Positions 33,420-42,069 of a stretch of 58,001 nucleotides of DNA are shown piece after piece. Position numbers and translations under genes: made by a program. Every line of letters starts with the position of its first letter. Positions within the stretch are counted from its first letter, which is position 1. This DNA comes from Chromatiales bacterium. Lineage in GTDB: Bacteria; Pseudomonadota; Gammaproteobacteria; CAMYNG01. Location: assembly GCA_026990045.1 (NCBI GenBank), contig JALSIK010000281.1:1-58001 (forward strand), given 5' to 3'. The notes below the pieces were generated by a model, which was not told the origin of the DNA, did no database searches, and saw only the letters and a list, made by a program, of their open reading frames with translations.

Positions 33420-34307
33420 ATGAACGACAAGCCCGTGTACGCGGTGCGGCTGGAAAATGTCGCCGACAGCGAGCGCATCATCTTCAAGCTGATCTTTTCC
33501 GTCTCCCGCAACAGCCCCAGCCGGCCCCACGGCTACGCGCTGGCGGAGGCGGGGACGGCGGACATCGTCATCGGCCCGGAGCCGGCCGCCGCCGGCGGCG
33601 CCCGGGTGCTGCCCCTGCGCGATGCCGGCGACGGCCGCGGGCCCGGCCTGGTGCGGCCCCTCATCGCCAGCCGGGTGCTGGCGGCGCTGGATGCGCTGGT
33701 CGCCGCGCCGGCGGCGGAGGATGCCGGGGCAGACGCGGGATCGGCCGCCCCGGACGCCGCCCCGGTGGTGGAGTTCAGCATCAGCGAGGAAGAGGCCTCG
33801 GAGCTGGCCATCGTCCACGACGAGAGCCTGTCCAACCCGGCCAACGAGGCCGCGGAGGCGCCCGCCGATGCCGCACCCGCGGCCACCGTGCATCCCCTGC
33901 CGGGTGCGAAGGAGGCGCCGCGGCCGCGGGCCCTGGTGGTGGACGACAGCGCCTCGGTGCGCAAGCAGCTCGAGCTGGAGCTGGACCTGTTCGAGGTGGA
34001 GGTGGACTACGCCGCCGGCGGCGAGGAGGCGCGCGGCCACCTCGCCGCCCGCCGCTACGACGTGGCCTTTCTCGACGTGGTGATGCCGGACGCCGACGGC
34101 TTCGACCTGTGCAAGGCCATCAAGGCCGCCTCGCCCGCCACCCGCGTCATCATGCTCACCGGCAAGGCGACCCAGGCGGACAAGATCAAGGGCACCCTGG
34201 CCGGTTGCGACGCCTACCTGGTGAAGCCGGTGGGGCGCGAGATGTTTCAGTCCACGGTGCGCAGGTTCCTGCAGTTGCGGCAGGCCCGCAGCGCCATGGG
34301 CGCGTGA
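33420..34307 (+). CDS. response regulator, PilG-position, with N-terminal pseudo-receiver and acidic/Ala-rich linker
   Basis: C-terminal canonical receiver (ALVVDDS..VAFLDVVMPDADG..VIMLTGK..AYLVKP). The N-terminal ~100 aa are receiver-like but lack the acidic pocket. Start uncertain (track start 33363). Confidence 0.75.
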   Translation: MNDKPVYAVRLENVADSERIIFKLIFSVSRNSPSRPHGYALAEAGTADIVIGPEPAAAGGARVLPLRDAGDGRGPGLVRPLIASRVLAALDALVAAPAAEDAGADAGSAAPDAAPVVEFSISEEEASELAIVHDESLSNPANEAAEAPADAAPAATVHPLPGAKEAPRPRALVVDDSASVRKQLELELDLFEVEVDYAAGGEEARGHLAARRYDVAFLDVVMPDADGFDLCKAIKAASPATRVIMLTGKATQADKIKGTLAGCDAYLVKPVGREMFQSTVRRFLQLRQARSAMGA

Positions 34308-34343
34308 ACCGGAGCAACGACGAGGCACGAGGAGGAGAGACAC

Positions 34344-34709
34344 ATGGCCATCAACAAGGTGCTCGTGGTGGACGACTCGCCGGCGGAGCTGTCGGCCATC
34401 CGCAACATCGTGGCCGACACCGGCTGCATGGTCATCGCCGCCACCAACGGCCGCGAGGCGGTGGAGCTGGCGCGGCGCGAGTCGCCGGACATCATCTTCA
34501 TGGACATCATCATGCCGGAGATGGACGGCTACGAGGCCACGCGCCGGCTGGCCAACGATCCCGCCACCCGCGACATCCCCATCATCTTCGTCAGCAGCAA
34601 GAACCAGAAGGCGGACAAGATCTGGGGCCAGATGCAGGGCGGCAAGGGCTACATCACCAAGCCCTTCGAGCCGGCCCAGATCGTCGAGCATCTCAAGGCC
34701 CTGGGCTGA
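34344..34709 (+). CDS. single-domain CheY-like response regulator (PilH position)
   Basis: VLVVDDS..IIFMDIIMPEMDG..IIFVSSK..GYITKP. GAGGAGGAG RBS. Confidence 0.9.
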   Translation: MAINKVLVVDDSPAELSAIRNIVADTGCMVIAATNGREAVELARRESPDIIFMDIIMPEMDGYEATRRLANDPATRDIPIIFVSSKNQKADKIWGQMQGGKGYITKPFEPAQIVEHLKALG

Positions 34710-34719
34710 GGCGGCGCCC

Positions 34720-35262
34720 ATGACCGGTGACGTCACCGACGCCGAGGCCCTGCTGGCCCGGCCCGGGGACGCGGCCCCGGGCGCAGGCCTGCGCTACGGC
34801 TACCGGCTCGGCGGCCTGGCCCTGCTGGTGGAGGCCGGCCTCAAGAGCGAGGTGACGGCGGCCGCGCGCCTGTGCCCGGTCCCGCGCACCCCGCCGGCCC
34901 TGGCCGGGCTCATCAACGTGCGCGGCAACATCGTGCCGGTGTTCGACCTGGAGCAGGCCCTGGGCCTGCCGCCGCCGGAGCAGGCGCCGGAGCACGTGCT
35001 GGTGCTGGGCGAGGGCGAGGCCGCCGCGGGGGTGCGCATCGCCCGCCTGCCCGAGTCGGTGCGGCTGGCCGCACCGGCGCCGGCCCAGCCGCCGCCGGCG
35101 CTGGCCGGGTACGCCGGCGAGGCCTGGCACGATGCCGGCGGCACCCTGTGGTGGGCCCTGGACCACCGGGCCTGTTTCCGGCACCTGCAGCGCCAACTCA
35201 GCGGGCTGGCCCCCGGCGGGCCGCCCCCCCATCCGGCCGCGGCGACCGCGGCCTCCGCCTGA
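34720..35262 (+). CDS. CheW-like coupling protein (PilI position)
   Basis: ..PPALAGLINVRGNIVPVFDLEQALGL.. is typical of CheW. Confidence 0.8.
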   Translation: MTGDVTDAEALLARPGDAAPGAGLRYGYRLGGLALLVEAGLKSEVTAAARLCPVPRTPPALAGLINVRGNIVPVFDLEQALGLPPPEQAPEHVLVLGEGEAAAGVRIARLPESVRLAAPAPAQPPPALAGYAGEAWHDAGGTLWWALDHRACFRHLQRQLSGLAPGGPPPHPAAATAASA

Positions 35263-35280
35263 TCCCGGGAGGACACCTCC

Positions 35281-37149
35281 ATGCTCAACCGACTCAAGAT
35301 CGCCACCCGGCTGGTGGTCCTCATCGCGGTCCAGATCACGGTGCTGGGCCTGGTGGGCGCCGTGGCCATCACCGCGCTCAACAACGCCTTCAACACCACC
35401 GCCCTGCTCAACACCAGTGTCATCGAGCAGGTGAAACTCAACCAGCTCAACGAGACCGTGCGCGGCGACCTGCTGGAGACGGTCAACCGCGCGGCCGCGG
35501 GCAAGCTGTCCTGGGAGGCGCTGGACGAGGCCCTGCTGGCGGCACGCAACCTGTTCGTCAACAACTGGGACGAGTACAGGGAGGAGAAGACCCCGGAGCA
35601 GGTGCGTGACATCGAGGCCTCGCTGGGGGCGGAGTACCAGGCGGTGCTCGCGGCCTTCGACCGCCTGCGCGGGTTCCAGGCCGCGCGGGACCGCGAGGGA
35701 CTGGCCGCCTTCGCGGAGGGCGAGCTGCCGCGCATGGTCAACCCCTTCCTGCTGGAGCTCAACGAGCGGGTGGCCGAGCAGCAGCTCGCCTCCGAGGCGC
35801 TGTTCGAGAGCTCCCTGCGCGAGGGCCGGCTGGCCCTGTGGGGTGCCGCCGGCGTGGTGGTGGTGGGCCTGCTGGTGGCGGGCCTGCTGGGTTATCTCAT
35901 CTACCTGGGCATCAACCGCTCCATCCGGCGCATCCAGGCCACGGTGGCGGAGGTGTCCGAGGGCAACTACTACGCCCGCACCGGCCTCACCGGCACCGAC
36001 GAGCTGGCCGAGCTGGGCGGGGCCTTCGACGCCCTGCTCGAGGACAAGGTGGCCAGCCTGGTCCGGGCGGAACAGGAGAACGAGCGCCTCAACGAATCGG
36101 TCATCGCCCTGCTGGAGGCGGTGTCCCGGCTCAGCCAGCGCGACCTCACCGTCAAGGTGCCGGTGACCGAGGACGTGACCGGCCCGGTGGCCGACGCCCT
36201 GAACCAGCTCACCGGCGAGACCTCGCGCGTGCTCCAGGGCGTGCGCCGCATCTCGGAGGAGGTGGCCCGGGCCTCGGCCATGGTCAAGGCCCAGTCGGAC
36301 AACGTCATCGCGGTGGCGGCCGAGGAACGGCGCGAAGTGGAGGAGACCGCCCGCGAGCTGGCCCACGCGGTGGAGACCATGGCCCACATCGCCGCCCTGG
36401 CGGAGGAGTGCGACCGGGCCGCGGAGCAGGCCATCCGCACCACCCACACCGCGCTGGAGACCGTGACCCGCACGGTGGAGGGCATCAACGGCATCCGCGA
36501 GACCATCCACGAGACGGAAAAGCGCATCAAGCGCCTGGGCGAGCGCTCGCAGGAGATCAGCCGCGCGGTGAACCTCATCAACAGCATCTCCGAGCGCACC
36601 CACATCCTCGCCCTCAACGCCTCCATGCACGCCGCCTCCGCCGGCGAGGCCGGCAAGAGCTTCGCCGTGGTGGCGGACGAGGTGCAGCGCCTGGCGGAGA
36701 GCGCGCGCGACGCCACCGCCCAGATCTCCACCCTGGTGTCCAACATCCAGGTGGAGACCGCCGACACCGTGGCCACCATGAACGAGGTGATCACCCAGGT
36801 GGTGGAAGGCACCCGCCTGGCGCAGGAGGCGGGCCAGCAGATGCAGCGCACCGAGGAGAGCACCGCCGGCCTGGTGGAGGCGGTGCGTCGCATCAACGAG
36901 CGCTCGCAGGACCAGGCTCGGCTGTCCAATGCCCTGCAGGGGCGCGCCGGCCAGATCCAGGAGAGCACGCGCAAGACCAGCCAGCAGCTCCAGGAGCAGA
37001 CCCAGCAGACCACCCGCCTGGTGGAGTACGCCCGCGGCCTGCTCAACGCGGTCAACGTCTTTCGCCTGCCCGAGGGCGATGCGGCCCCGGGGCTGGCCCC
37101 GCTGGCCCCGGCCCCGGCGGGCGGCGAGCTGGAGAAAAAGGCCTCCTGA
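35281..37149 (+). CDS. methyl-accepting chemotaxis protein, PilJ-like
   Basis: Two TM segments around a helical periplasmic domain, then HAMP. The signalling-domain hairpin is ..RTHILALNASMHAASAGEAGKSFAVVADEVQRLAE... The post-HAMP segment ..DLTVKVPVTEDVTGPVADALNQL.. resembles pilus-class MCPs as I recall them. Confidence 0.85.
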   Translation: MLNRLKIATRLVVLIAVQITVLGLVGAVAITALNNAFNTTALLNTSVIEQVKLNQLNETVRGDLLETVNRAAAGKLSWEALDEALLAARNLFVNNWDEYREEKTPEQVRDIEASLGAEYQAVLAAFDRLRGFQAARDREGLAAFAEGELPRMVNPFLLELNERVAEQQLASEALFESSLREGRLALWGAAGVVVVGLLVAGLLGYLIYLGINRSIRRIQATVAEVSEGNYYARTGLTGTDELAELGGAFDALLEDKVASLVRAEQENERLNESVIALLEAVSRLSQRDLTVKVPVTEDVTGPVADALNQLTGETSRVLQGVRRISEEVARASAMVKAQSDNVIAVAAEERREVEETARELAHAVETMAHIAALAEECDRAAEQAIRTTHTALETVTRTVEGINGIRETIHETEKRIKRLGERSQEISRAVNLINSISERTHILALNASMHAASAGEAGKSFAVVADEVQRLAESARDATAQISTLVSNIQVETADTVATMNEVITQVVEGTRLAQEAGQQMQRTEESTAGLVEAVRRINERSQDQARLSNALQGRAGQIQESTRKTSQQLQEQTQQTTRLVEYARGLLNAVNVFRLPEGDAAPGLAPLAPAPAGGELEKKAS

Positions 37150-37155
37150 TCCCCC

Positions 37156-40100
37156 ATGGCGATCCCGGTGGAACAGCGCAGCTCCCTGGAGCTGGAGGTG
37201 AGCGGGGTGGTGGCCGAGATGCTGGAGGCCTTCGCCGCCACCGGTGACGGCGGGGCCGATGCCGCCGCCAGCGGCGATGCCCTGGCGCGCTACCAGCGGC
37301 GGGTGGCCCGCATCGGCATGGCCGCCGGCCGTTTCGGGCTCACCGGGCTGCAGGACACCTGCGTGGAGCTGCAGGACCGGCTGCGCGCGCTCAAGCGCCG
37401 CGGCACCGGCCTCAGCGCCGAAGAACGGGAGCTGCTGGAGGAATGGCCGCTGCTGGTGATGGGGTACATCAACGCCCCCCACGACCCGGCCGCGGCGCAG
37501 GCACTGGTGGACTTTCTCCAGCGGCCCGCCTGGGGCGAGCCGGTCTCGCCCGAGACCGGGGCCGAGATCCGCAGCGCGCTGGGCAGCGACCCGGCCCTGC
37601 CGGCACCGCCCGCGGCCGGCGACGACCCGCCCCGAGACGATGCCACCGGGCACGATGCCGGGCCCGCCGGCGACGGCACCGGCGGCCTGGCCGGCCTGGG
37701 CGGGCCCCTGCGGGAGGAAGTGGAGGAGGCCATGGGCGACTGCCTGCTCCGGCTGGCCGAACCCGGGGTGGCGCCGGAGGAGGCCCGGGCGGCGCTGACC
37801 CATTGCGCCGAGCGCCTGGAGCTCCTGGCCATGACGGCGGCCACCGCCGGCCTGGCCGGTTTCATGGACGCCTGCCAGATCTTCCAGGCCGGCCTGCGGC
37901 GCCTGGCCGCCGCCGGCCGCGTGCCGGCGACGGAGGAGCTGGACGCCCTCTACCGGTGGGCGGGCCTGGTGGGGGCCTGGCTGGAGGCGCCGCACGACGC
38001 CGGGCGGGCCGAGGCCCTGGTGGACTTTCTCCAGGCCCTGCCCTGGGGCGAGCCGGTGGACGCAGAGCAGGCCGCCATCCTGCGCGGGCTGCTGGCACCC
38101 GAGGAGATCCACATCGACGCCCCGGCCGGCGGGCCGGAGGCGGCGGGCGGGGCCGGCGAAGAACCGCCGGAGATCCCGCCGGCCTACCGCGAGCTGGTGG
38201 GGCTGCTGCGCATGGAGCTGGAGCAGTCGCAGCCGGAACTGGAGTCCGCCCTGGCCGCCGCCGCCGGCGACGACATCCCGGCCGGGGACCGTCATGCCGC
38301 CTGGCGCCAGGTCCTGGATCGGCTGGAGCGCTTCGCCGGCGCCGCCGCCACCCTGGGCCTGCACGGCCTGGCCGAGGCCTGCGGGCACGTCCATGCCTGT
38401 GCCGAGTTCATCGACGCCACCGGCGAGCCGCTGGCGCCGGCGCAGCACCGCTGGTTTGCGGACTGGCCCCGGCGGGCGCGCGCCTACCTGGAGACGCTGG
38501 TGGACCCGGCCGCCTGCACCGCCCTGGCGGACTACCTGGGCGAGGCGGACTGGGGCTGTGCACCCGATGCCGCCGCGCGCGAGCGGCTGGTGCAGTCCCT
38601 GGCCCGGCCCGAGGTGGCGCTGGAAGAAGAGGAACTGGCGCCGCGCCAGGCCGAGGCCCGCGCCGAGGACGTCTCCCTGGCCCTGCCCGACGACGTCAAC
38701 CCGCAGCTGCTGGACAGCCTGCTCCAGGAGCTGCCCCACTACACCGCCGATTTCTCCGCCAGCATCACGCGCCTGGCGGAGGGCGCCGGCACCCGGGCGG
38801 ACGTGGAGACCGCCCAGCGCATCGCCCACACCCTCAAGGGCTCGGCCAACACCGTGGGCGTGGCGGGACTGGCCAACCTCACCCACCACATGGAGGACAT
38901 CCTCGAGGCCCATGCCCGCGCCGGGCGCCTGCCCCCGGCGCCCCTGGTGCGGGTGCTGCAGAGCGCCGCCGACGTGCTGGAGATGATGAGCGAGGCCCTG
39001 CTGGGGCAGGGCGAGGCCCCGGCCCATGCCCGCGAGGTGCTGCAGGAGGTGCTGGACTGGGCCAACCGCATGGACCTGGAAGGGGTGCCGGAGGATGCGC
39101 CCGCCGCCCCGGAGCCGGAGCCCGCCCCGGCGGCGGAGTCCCCGGCGGCGGAGGCCGGCCCGGTGCTGCGCATTCCCGCCCGCCTGGTGGACGAGCTGCT
39201 GCGGCGGGTGGGCGAGTCCCTCATCGTCACCGCCCAGCTCCGCGAGCGCCTGGGCCGGGCGGCGGCGGAGCTGGCGGGCCTGCGCGAGCGCAACGAGCTG
39301 CTGGGACGCCTGACCCAGGAGCTGGAGCAACTGGTGGACGTGCAGGGGATCCACGCCGGACGCGGCCGCGAGGCCGGCGGCGAGTTCGATGCCCTGGAGC
39401 TGGAGCAGTACAACGCCCTGCACACCGTCACCCACCGCCTGGTGGAGGCGGTGGCCGACAGTCGCGAGATGGGCCAGGGCATGGAGGAGCAGCTCGGGGC
39501 CTTCGACGGCCTGCTGGCGGACCAGTCGCGGCTGCAGAAGGAGACCGAGGAGCTGGTCATGGAGACCCGCATGGTGCCGGTGCAGAACCTGGTCCCGCGG
39601 CTGCAGCGGGCGGTGCGCCAGGCCTGCCGCCTCACCGGGCGCGACGCGGTGCTGGAGGTGTCGGGCGCCGACACCCTCATCGACGCCCAGGTCCTGGACC
39701 AGCTCGCCGATCCCCTCCTGCACGTGCTGCGCAACGCGGTGGACCACGGCATCGAGCCGCCGGACCGGCGGGCCGCCGCCGGCAAGCCGGAGCGGGGCCG
39801 CATCCGCCTGGCGTTCCGGCGCGAGGGCGACCACATGGTGGTGTGCTGCGAGGACGACGGCGCCGGCCTCGACCGCGAGGCCATCCTGCGCCGGGCCCGC
39901 GCCCGCGGCCTGGTGGGCGCGGACGAGACGCCGGCCGACGAGGTGCTCGACGCCCTGGTGCTGGTGCCCGGCTTCTCCACCCGCGAGGAGGTCTCCCAGG
40001 TGTCCGGCCGCGGCGTGGGCATGGACGTGGTCAACACCCGCGTGCGGGAGATGAAGGGCACCCTGCGCCTGCACTCGGAGCCGGGCCGCGGCTGCCGGGT

Positions 40101-40977
40101 GGAGATGCGCCTGCCGCTCACCCTCATCTCGGTCCATGCCCTGCTGGTGGGGGCGGGGGCCGGCCGCGTGGCCCTGTCCAGCCGCGGGGTGGAGCGCATC
40201 GTCTATGGCGGCGACGGCCGCTGGGAGGCCGGCGCGGACGGCGCGCAGTACTGCCTGGGTGACGAGTGCCACGCCGCCTTCGAGCTGGAGGCCCTGCTGG
40301 GCCTGCCCGCGCCGGCGGCGGACGGCGAACCGCGGCCGGTGCTGCTGGTGCGCGATCACGGCGGCCTGCTGCGGGCGGTGCGGGTGGCCCGGGTGCTGGC
40401 CAGCCAGGACCTGGTGGTGAAGCAGATGGGCCCGTACATGCCACGGGTGCCCGGCCTCGACGGCGCCACCATCCTCGGCGACGGCACCGTGGCCCCGGTG
40501 CTGGACCTGCCGGCGGTGCTGGCCGCGGCGCGCAGCGACGGCCTGCCCGCGGCGGCGCCGGCGGCGGCGGAGGCCGCCGCCCCGCCGCGGGCCCTGGTGG
40601 TGGACGACTCCCTGTCCGCCCGCCGCAGCCTGGCCCAGTTCGTGGCCGACCTGGGTTACGAGGTGCATACCGCCCGCGACGGGCTGGAGGCCATCGAGCT
40701 GCTGGGCCGGGTGCAGCCGGAGCTGCTGCTGGTGGACCTGGAGATGCCGCGCATGAACGGCCTCGAGCTCACCGCCCACGTGCGCGCCGACGACGCCCAC
40801 CGCCACCTGCCGGTGATCATGATCACCTCGCGTTCCACCGACAAGCACCGGCGCCAGGCCGAGCGCGCGGGGGTGGACCGCTATCTCACCAAGCCCTTTT
40901 CCGAAGACGAACTGCTGGGCCACATCGCCACGCTGGCCGCGCGGCCGCCGGCCCGGCTCCATGCAGGAGGACCGTGA
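37156..40977 (+). CDS. ChpA/PilL-like hybrid CheA kinase (degenerate Hpt-like repeats, Hpt, HATPase, CheW, receiver)
   Basis: Canonical Hpt AHTLKGSANTVG (His codon at 38827-38829). Kinase boxes ..HVLRNAVDHGIE.., ..DDGAGLD.., ..GRGVGMDVV... A CheW-like segment, then a C-terminal receiver (ALVVDDS..LLLVDLEMPRMNG..VIMITSR..RYLTKP). Confidence 0.9.
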   Translation: MAIPVEQRSSLELEVSGVVAEMLEAFAATGDGGADAAASGDALARYQRRVARIGMAAGRFGLTGLQDTCVELQDRLRALKRRGTGLSAEERELLEEWPLLVMGYINAPHDPAAAQALVDFLQRPAWGEPVSPETGAEIRSALGSDPALPAPPAAGDDPPRDDATGHDAGPAGDGTGGLAGLGGPLREEVEEAMGDCLLRLAEPGVAPEEARAALTHCAERLELLAMTAATAGLAGFMDACQIFQAGLRRLAAAGRVPATEELDALYRWAGLVGAWLEAPHDAGRAEALVDFLQALPWGEPVDAEQAAILRGLLAPEEIHIDAPAGGPEAAGGAGEEPPEIPPAYRELVGLLRMELEQSQPELESALAAAAGDDIPAGDRHAAWRQVLDRLERFAGAAATLGLHGLAEACGHVHACAEFIDATGEPLAPAQHRWFADWPRRARAYLETLVDPAACTALADYLGEADWGCAPDAAARERLVQSLARPEVALEEEELAPRQAEARAEDVSLALPDDVNPQLLDSLLQELPHYTADFSASITRLAEGAGTRADVETAQRIAHTLKGSANTVGVAGLANLTHHMEDILEAHARAGRLPPAPLVRVLQSAADVLEMMSEALLGQGEAPAHAREVLQEVLDWANRMDLEGVPEDAPAAPEPEPAPAAESPAAEAGPVLRIPARLVDELLRRVGESLIVTAQLRERLGRAAAELAGLRERNELLGRLTQELEQLVDVQGIHAGRGREAGGEFDALELEQYNALHTVTHRLVEAVADSREMGQGMEEQLGAFDGLLADQSRLQKETEELVMETRMVPVQNLVPRLQRAVRQACRLTGRDAVLEVSGADTLIDAQVLDQLADPLLHVLRNAVDHGIEPPDRRAAAGKPERGRIRLAFRREGDHMVVCCEDDGAGLDREAILRRARARGLVGADETPADEVLDALVLVPGFSTREEVSQVSGRGVGMDVVNTRVREMKGTLRLHSEPGRGCRVEMRLPLTLISVHALLVGAGAGRVALSSRGVERIVYGGDGRWEAGADGAQYCLGDECHAAFELEALLGLPAPAADGEPRPVLLVRDHGGLLRAVRVARVLASQDLVVKQMGPYMPRVPGLDGATILGDGTVAPVLDLPAVLAAARSDGLPAAAPAAAEAAAPPRALVVDDSLSARRSLAQFVADLGYEVHTARDGLEAIELLGRVQPELLLVDLEMPRMNGLELTAHVRADDAHRHLPVIMITSRSTDKHRRQAERAGVDRYLTKPFSEDELLGHIATLAARPPARLHAGGP

Positions 40978-41783
40978 TGTTCCGAAGCCGCCTCGTGTTG
41001 ATCCTGGCCCTGCTGGCCGCCGTGCCCGCGGCGGCGGAGGAGGCCGCCGAGACCTATACCTTCGGCATCGTGCCGCAGCAGTCGGGCAGCCGCCTGTCGC
41101 GGCTGTGGTCGCCCATCCTCGCCTGGCTCGAGGAGCGCAGCGGGCTGCGGCTGCGCTTTGCCACCACCCGCAACATTCCCACCTTCGAAAAGCGCCTGGC
41201 CCAGGGCAAGTACGATTTCGCCTACATGAATCCCTATCACTACATCCAGTTCCACGACGCCAGCGGCTACACCGCCTTCGCCCGGGCCCGCGACAAGCGG
41301 CTCAAGGGGATCCTGGTGGTGCGGCGCGACAGCCCGTTCCGGCGCCTGGCGGACCTGGACGAGCGGGACCTGGCGTTTCCGTCCAACGCCTTTGCCGCCA
41401 ACCTGGTGCCGCGGGCGGTGTTCCGCCAGGAGGGCATCGACGTGGAGGCCCACTTCGTCTCGTCCCACGACTCGGTCTACCGCAACGTGGCCAAGGGCCG
41501 CTATCCCGCCGGGGGCGGGGTGATGCGCACCTTCCGCAACACGCCGGCGGCCTACCGCAGGCAGTTGCGGGTGCTGTGGACCTCGGAGGGCTACACGCCC
41601 CATGCCTTCGCCGCCCACCCGCGGGTGCCGCCGGAGGCGGTGGAGCGGCTGCGCGCGGCCATGCTGGCCATGGACCGCGATCCCCGCGGCCGCGCCCTGC
41701 TCAAGCGCATCCGCCTCAAGGGCATCGAGGCCGGCCGTGACGCCGACTGGAACGACGTGCGCGAGCTGGCGATCAACGACTGA
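40977..41783 (+). CDS. PhnD-like (phosphate/phosphonate ABC-type) periplasmic substrate-binding protein
   Basis: The ATG overlaps the ChpA stop (GTGATG). Signal peptide MFRSRLVLILALLAAVPAAA. ..YTFGIVPQQS.. ..KYDFAYMNPYHY.. is typical of the PhnD/SBP-3-like family. No permease or ATPase gene is adjacent. Confidence 0.7.
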   Translation: MFRSRLVLILALLAAVPAAAEEAAETYTFGIVPQQSGSRLSRLWSPILAWLEERSGLRLRFATTRNIPTFEKRLAQGKYDFAYMNPYHYIQFHDASGYTAFARARDKRLKGILVVRRDSPFRRLADLDERDLAFPSNAFAANLVPRAVFRQEGIDVEAHFVSSHDSVYRNVAKGRYPAGGGVMRTFRNTPAAYRRQLRVLWTSEGYTPHAFAAHPRVPPEAVERLRAAMLAMDRDPRGRALLKRIRLKGIEAGRDADWNDVRELAIND

Positions 41784-41841
41784 GGAACTGGATGCTGGGG
41801 GCTGGGAAAAAGGCCAGGGGACCGGCCGCCGGGTGCAGGGA

Positions 41842-41903
41842 CATTCGCGTTCCGTCCCCGGATTGCGCTTCGCTTCACCCGGGCGGCGTTTTTCCCAGTC
41901 CCC
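41842..41903. repeat. 62-nt repeat, copy 1
   Basis: Identical to 42003..42064 except one C/T. Contains the hairpin CGGAT..ATCCG-type core and ends in TTTTTCCCAGTCCCC. Confidence 0.9.
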
Positions 41904-41912
41904 AGCACGTAG

Positions 41913-41981
41913 GTCGGCTTGAGCGCAGCGAAAGCCGACGCCATGGTTTTTTGGCGGCACCGCTTCGCGGTGCCGCCCTAC
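41913..41981. repeat. two REP-like hairpins in inverted orientation (GTAGG..// ..CCTAC)
   Basis: GTCGGCTT-gagcgcagcg-AAAGCCGAC (41913-41939) and GGCGGCACCGC-ttc-GCGGTGCCGCC (41953-41977), followed by CTAC. A decayed copy of the second overlaps the stop codon at 649-680. Confidence 0.8.
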
Positions 41982-42002
41982 GAGCCGCTGGAGGTGCGGG
42001 GG

Positions 42003-42064
42003 CATTCGCGTTCCGTCCCCGGATTGCGCTTCGCTTCATCCGGGCGGCGTTTTTCCCAGTCCCC
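42003..42064. repeat. 62-nt repeat, copy 2
   Basis: See copy 1. Ends 5 nt before the crp stop codon. Confidence 0.9.
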
Positions 42065-42069
42065 GGCGG

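Noticed and set aside
34693-40962. Giant 2089-aa minus-strand ORF, the longest in the track
   Set aside because: It lies antisense to the CheW-, MCP- and ChpA-like genes, whose plus-strand translations carry unmistakable chemotaxis motifs. The minus-strand product is low-complexity G/A/R/P/H/Q with no motifs. Long stop-free antisense frames are expected at this GC content.
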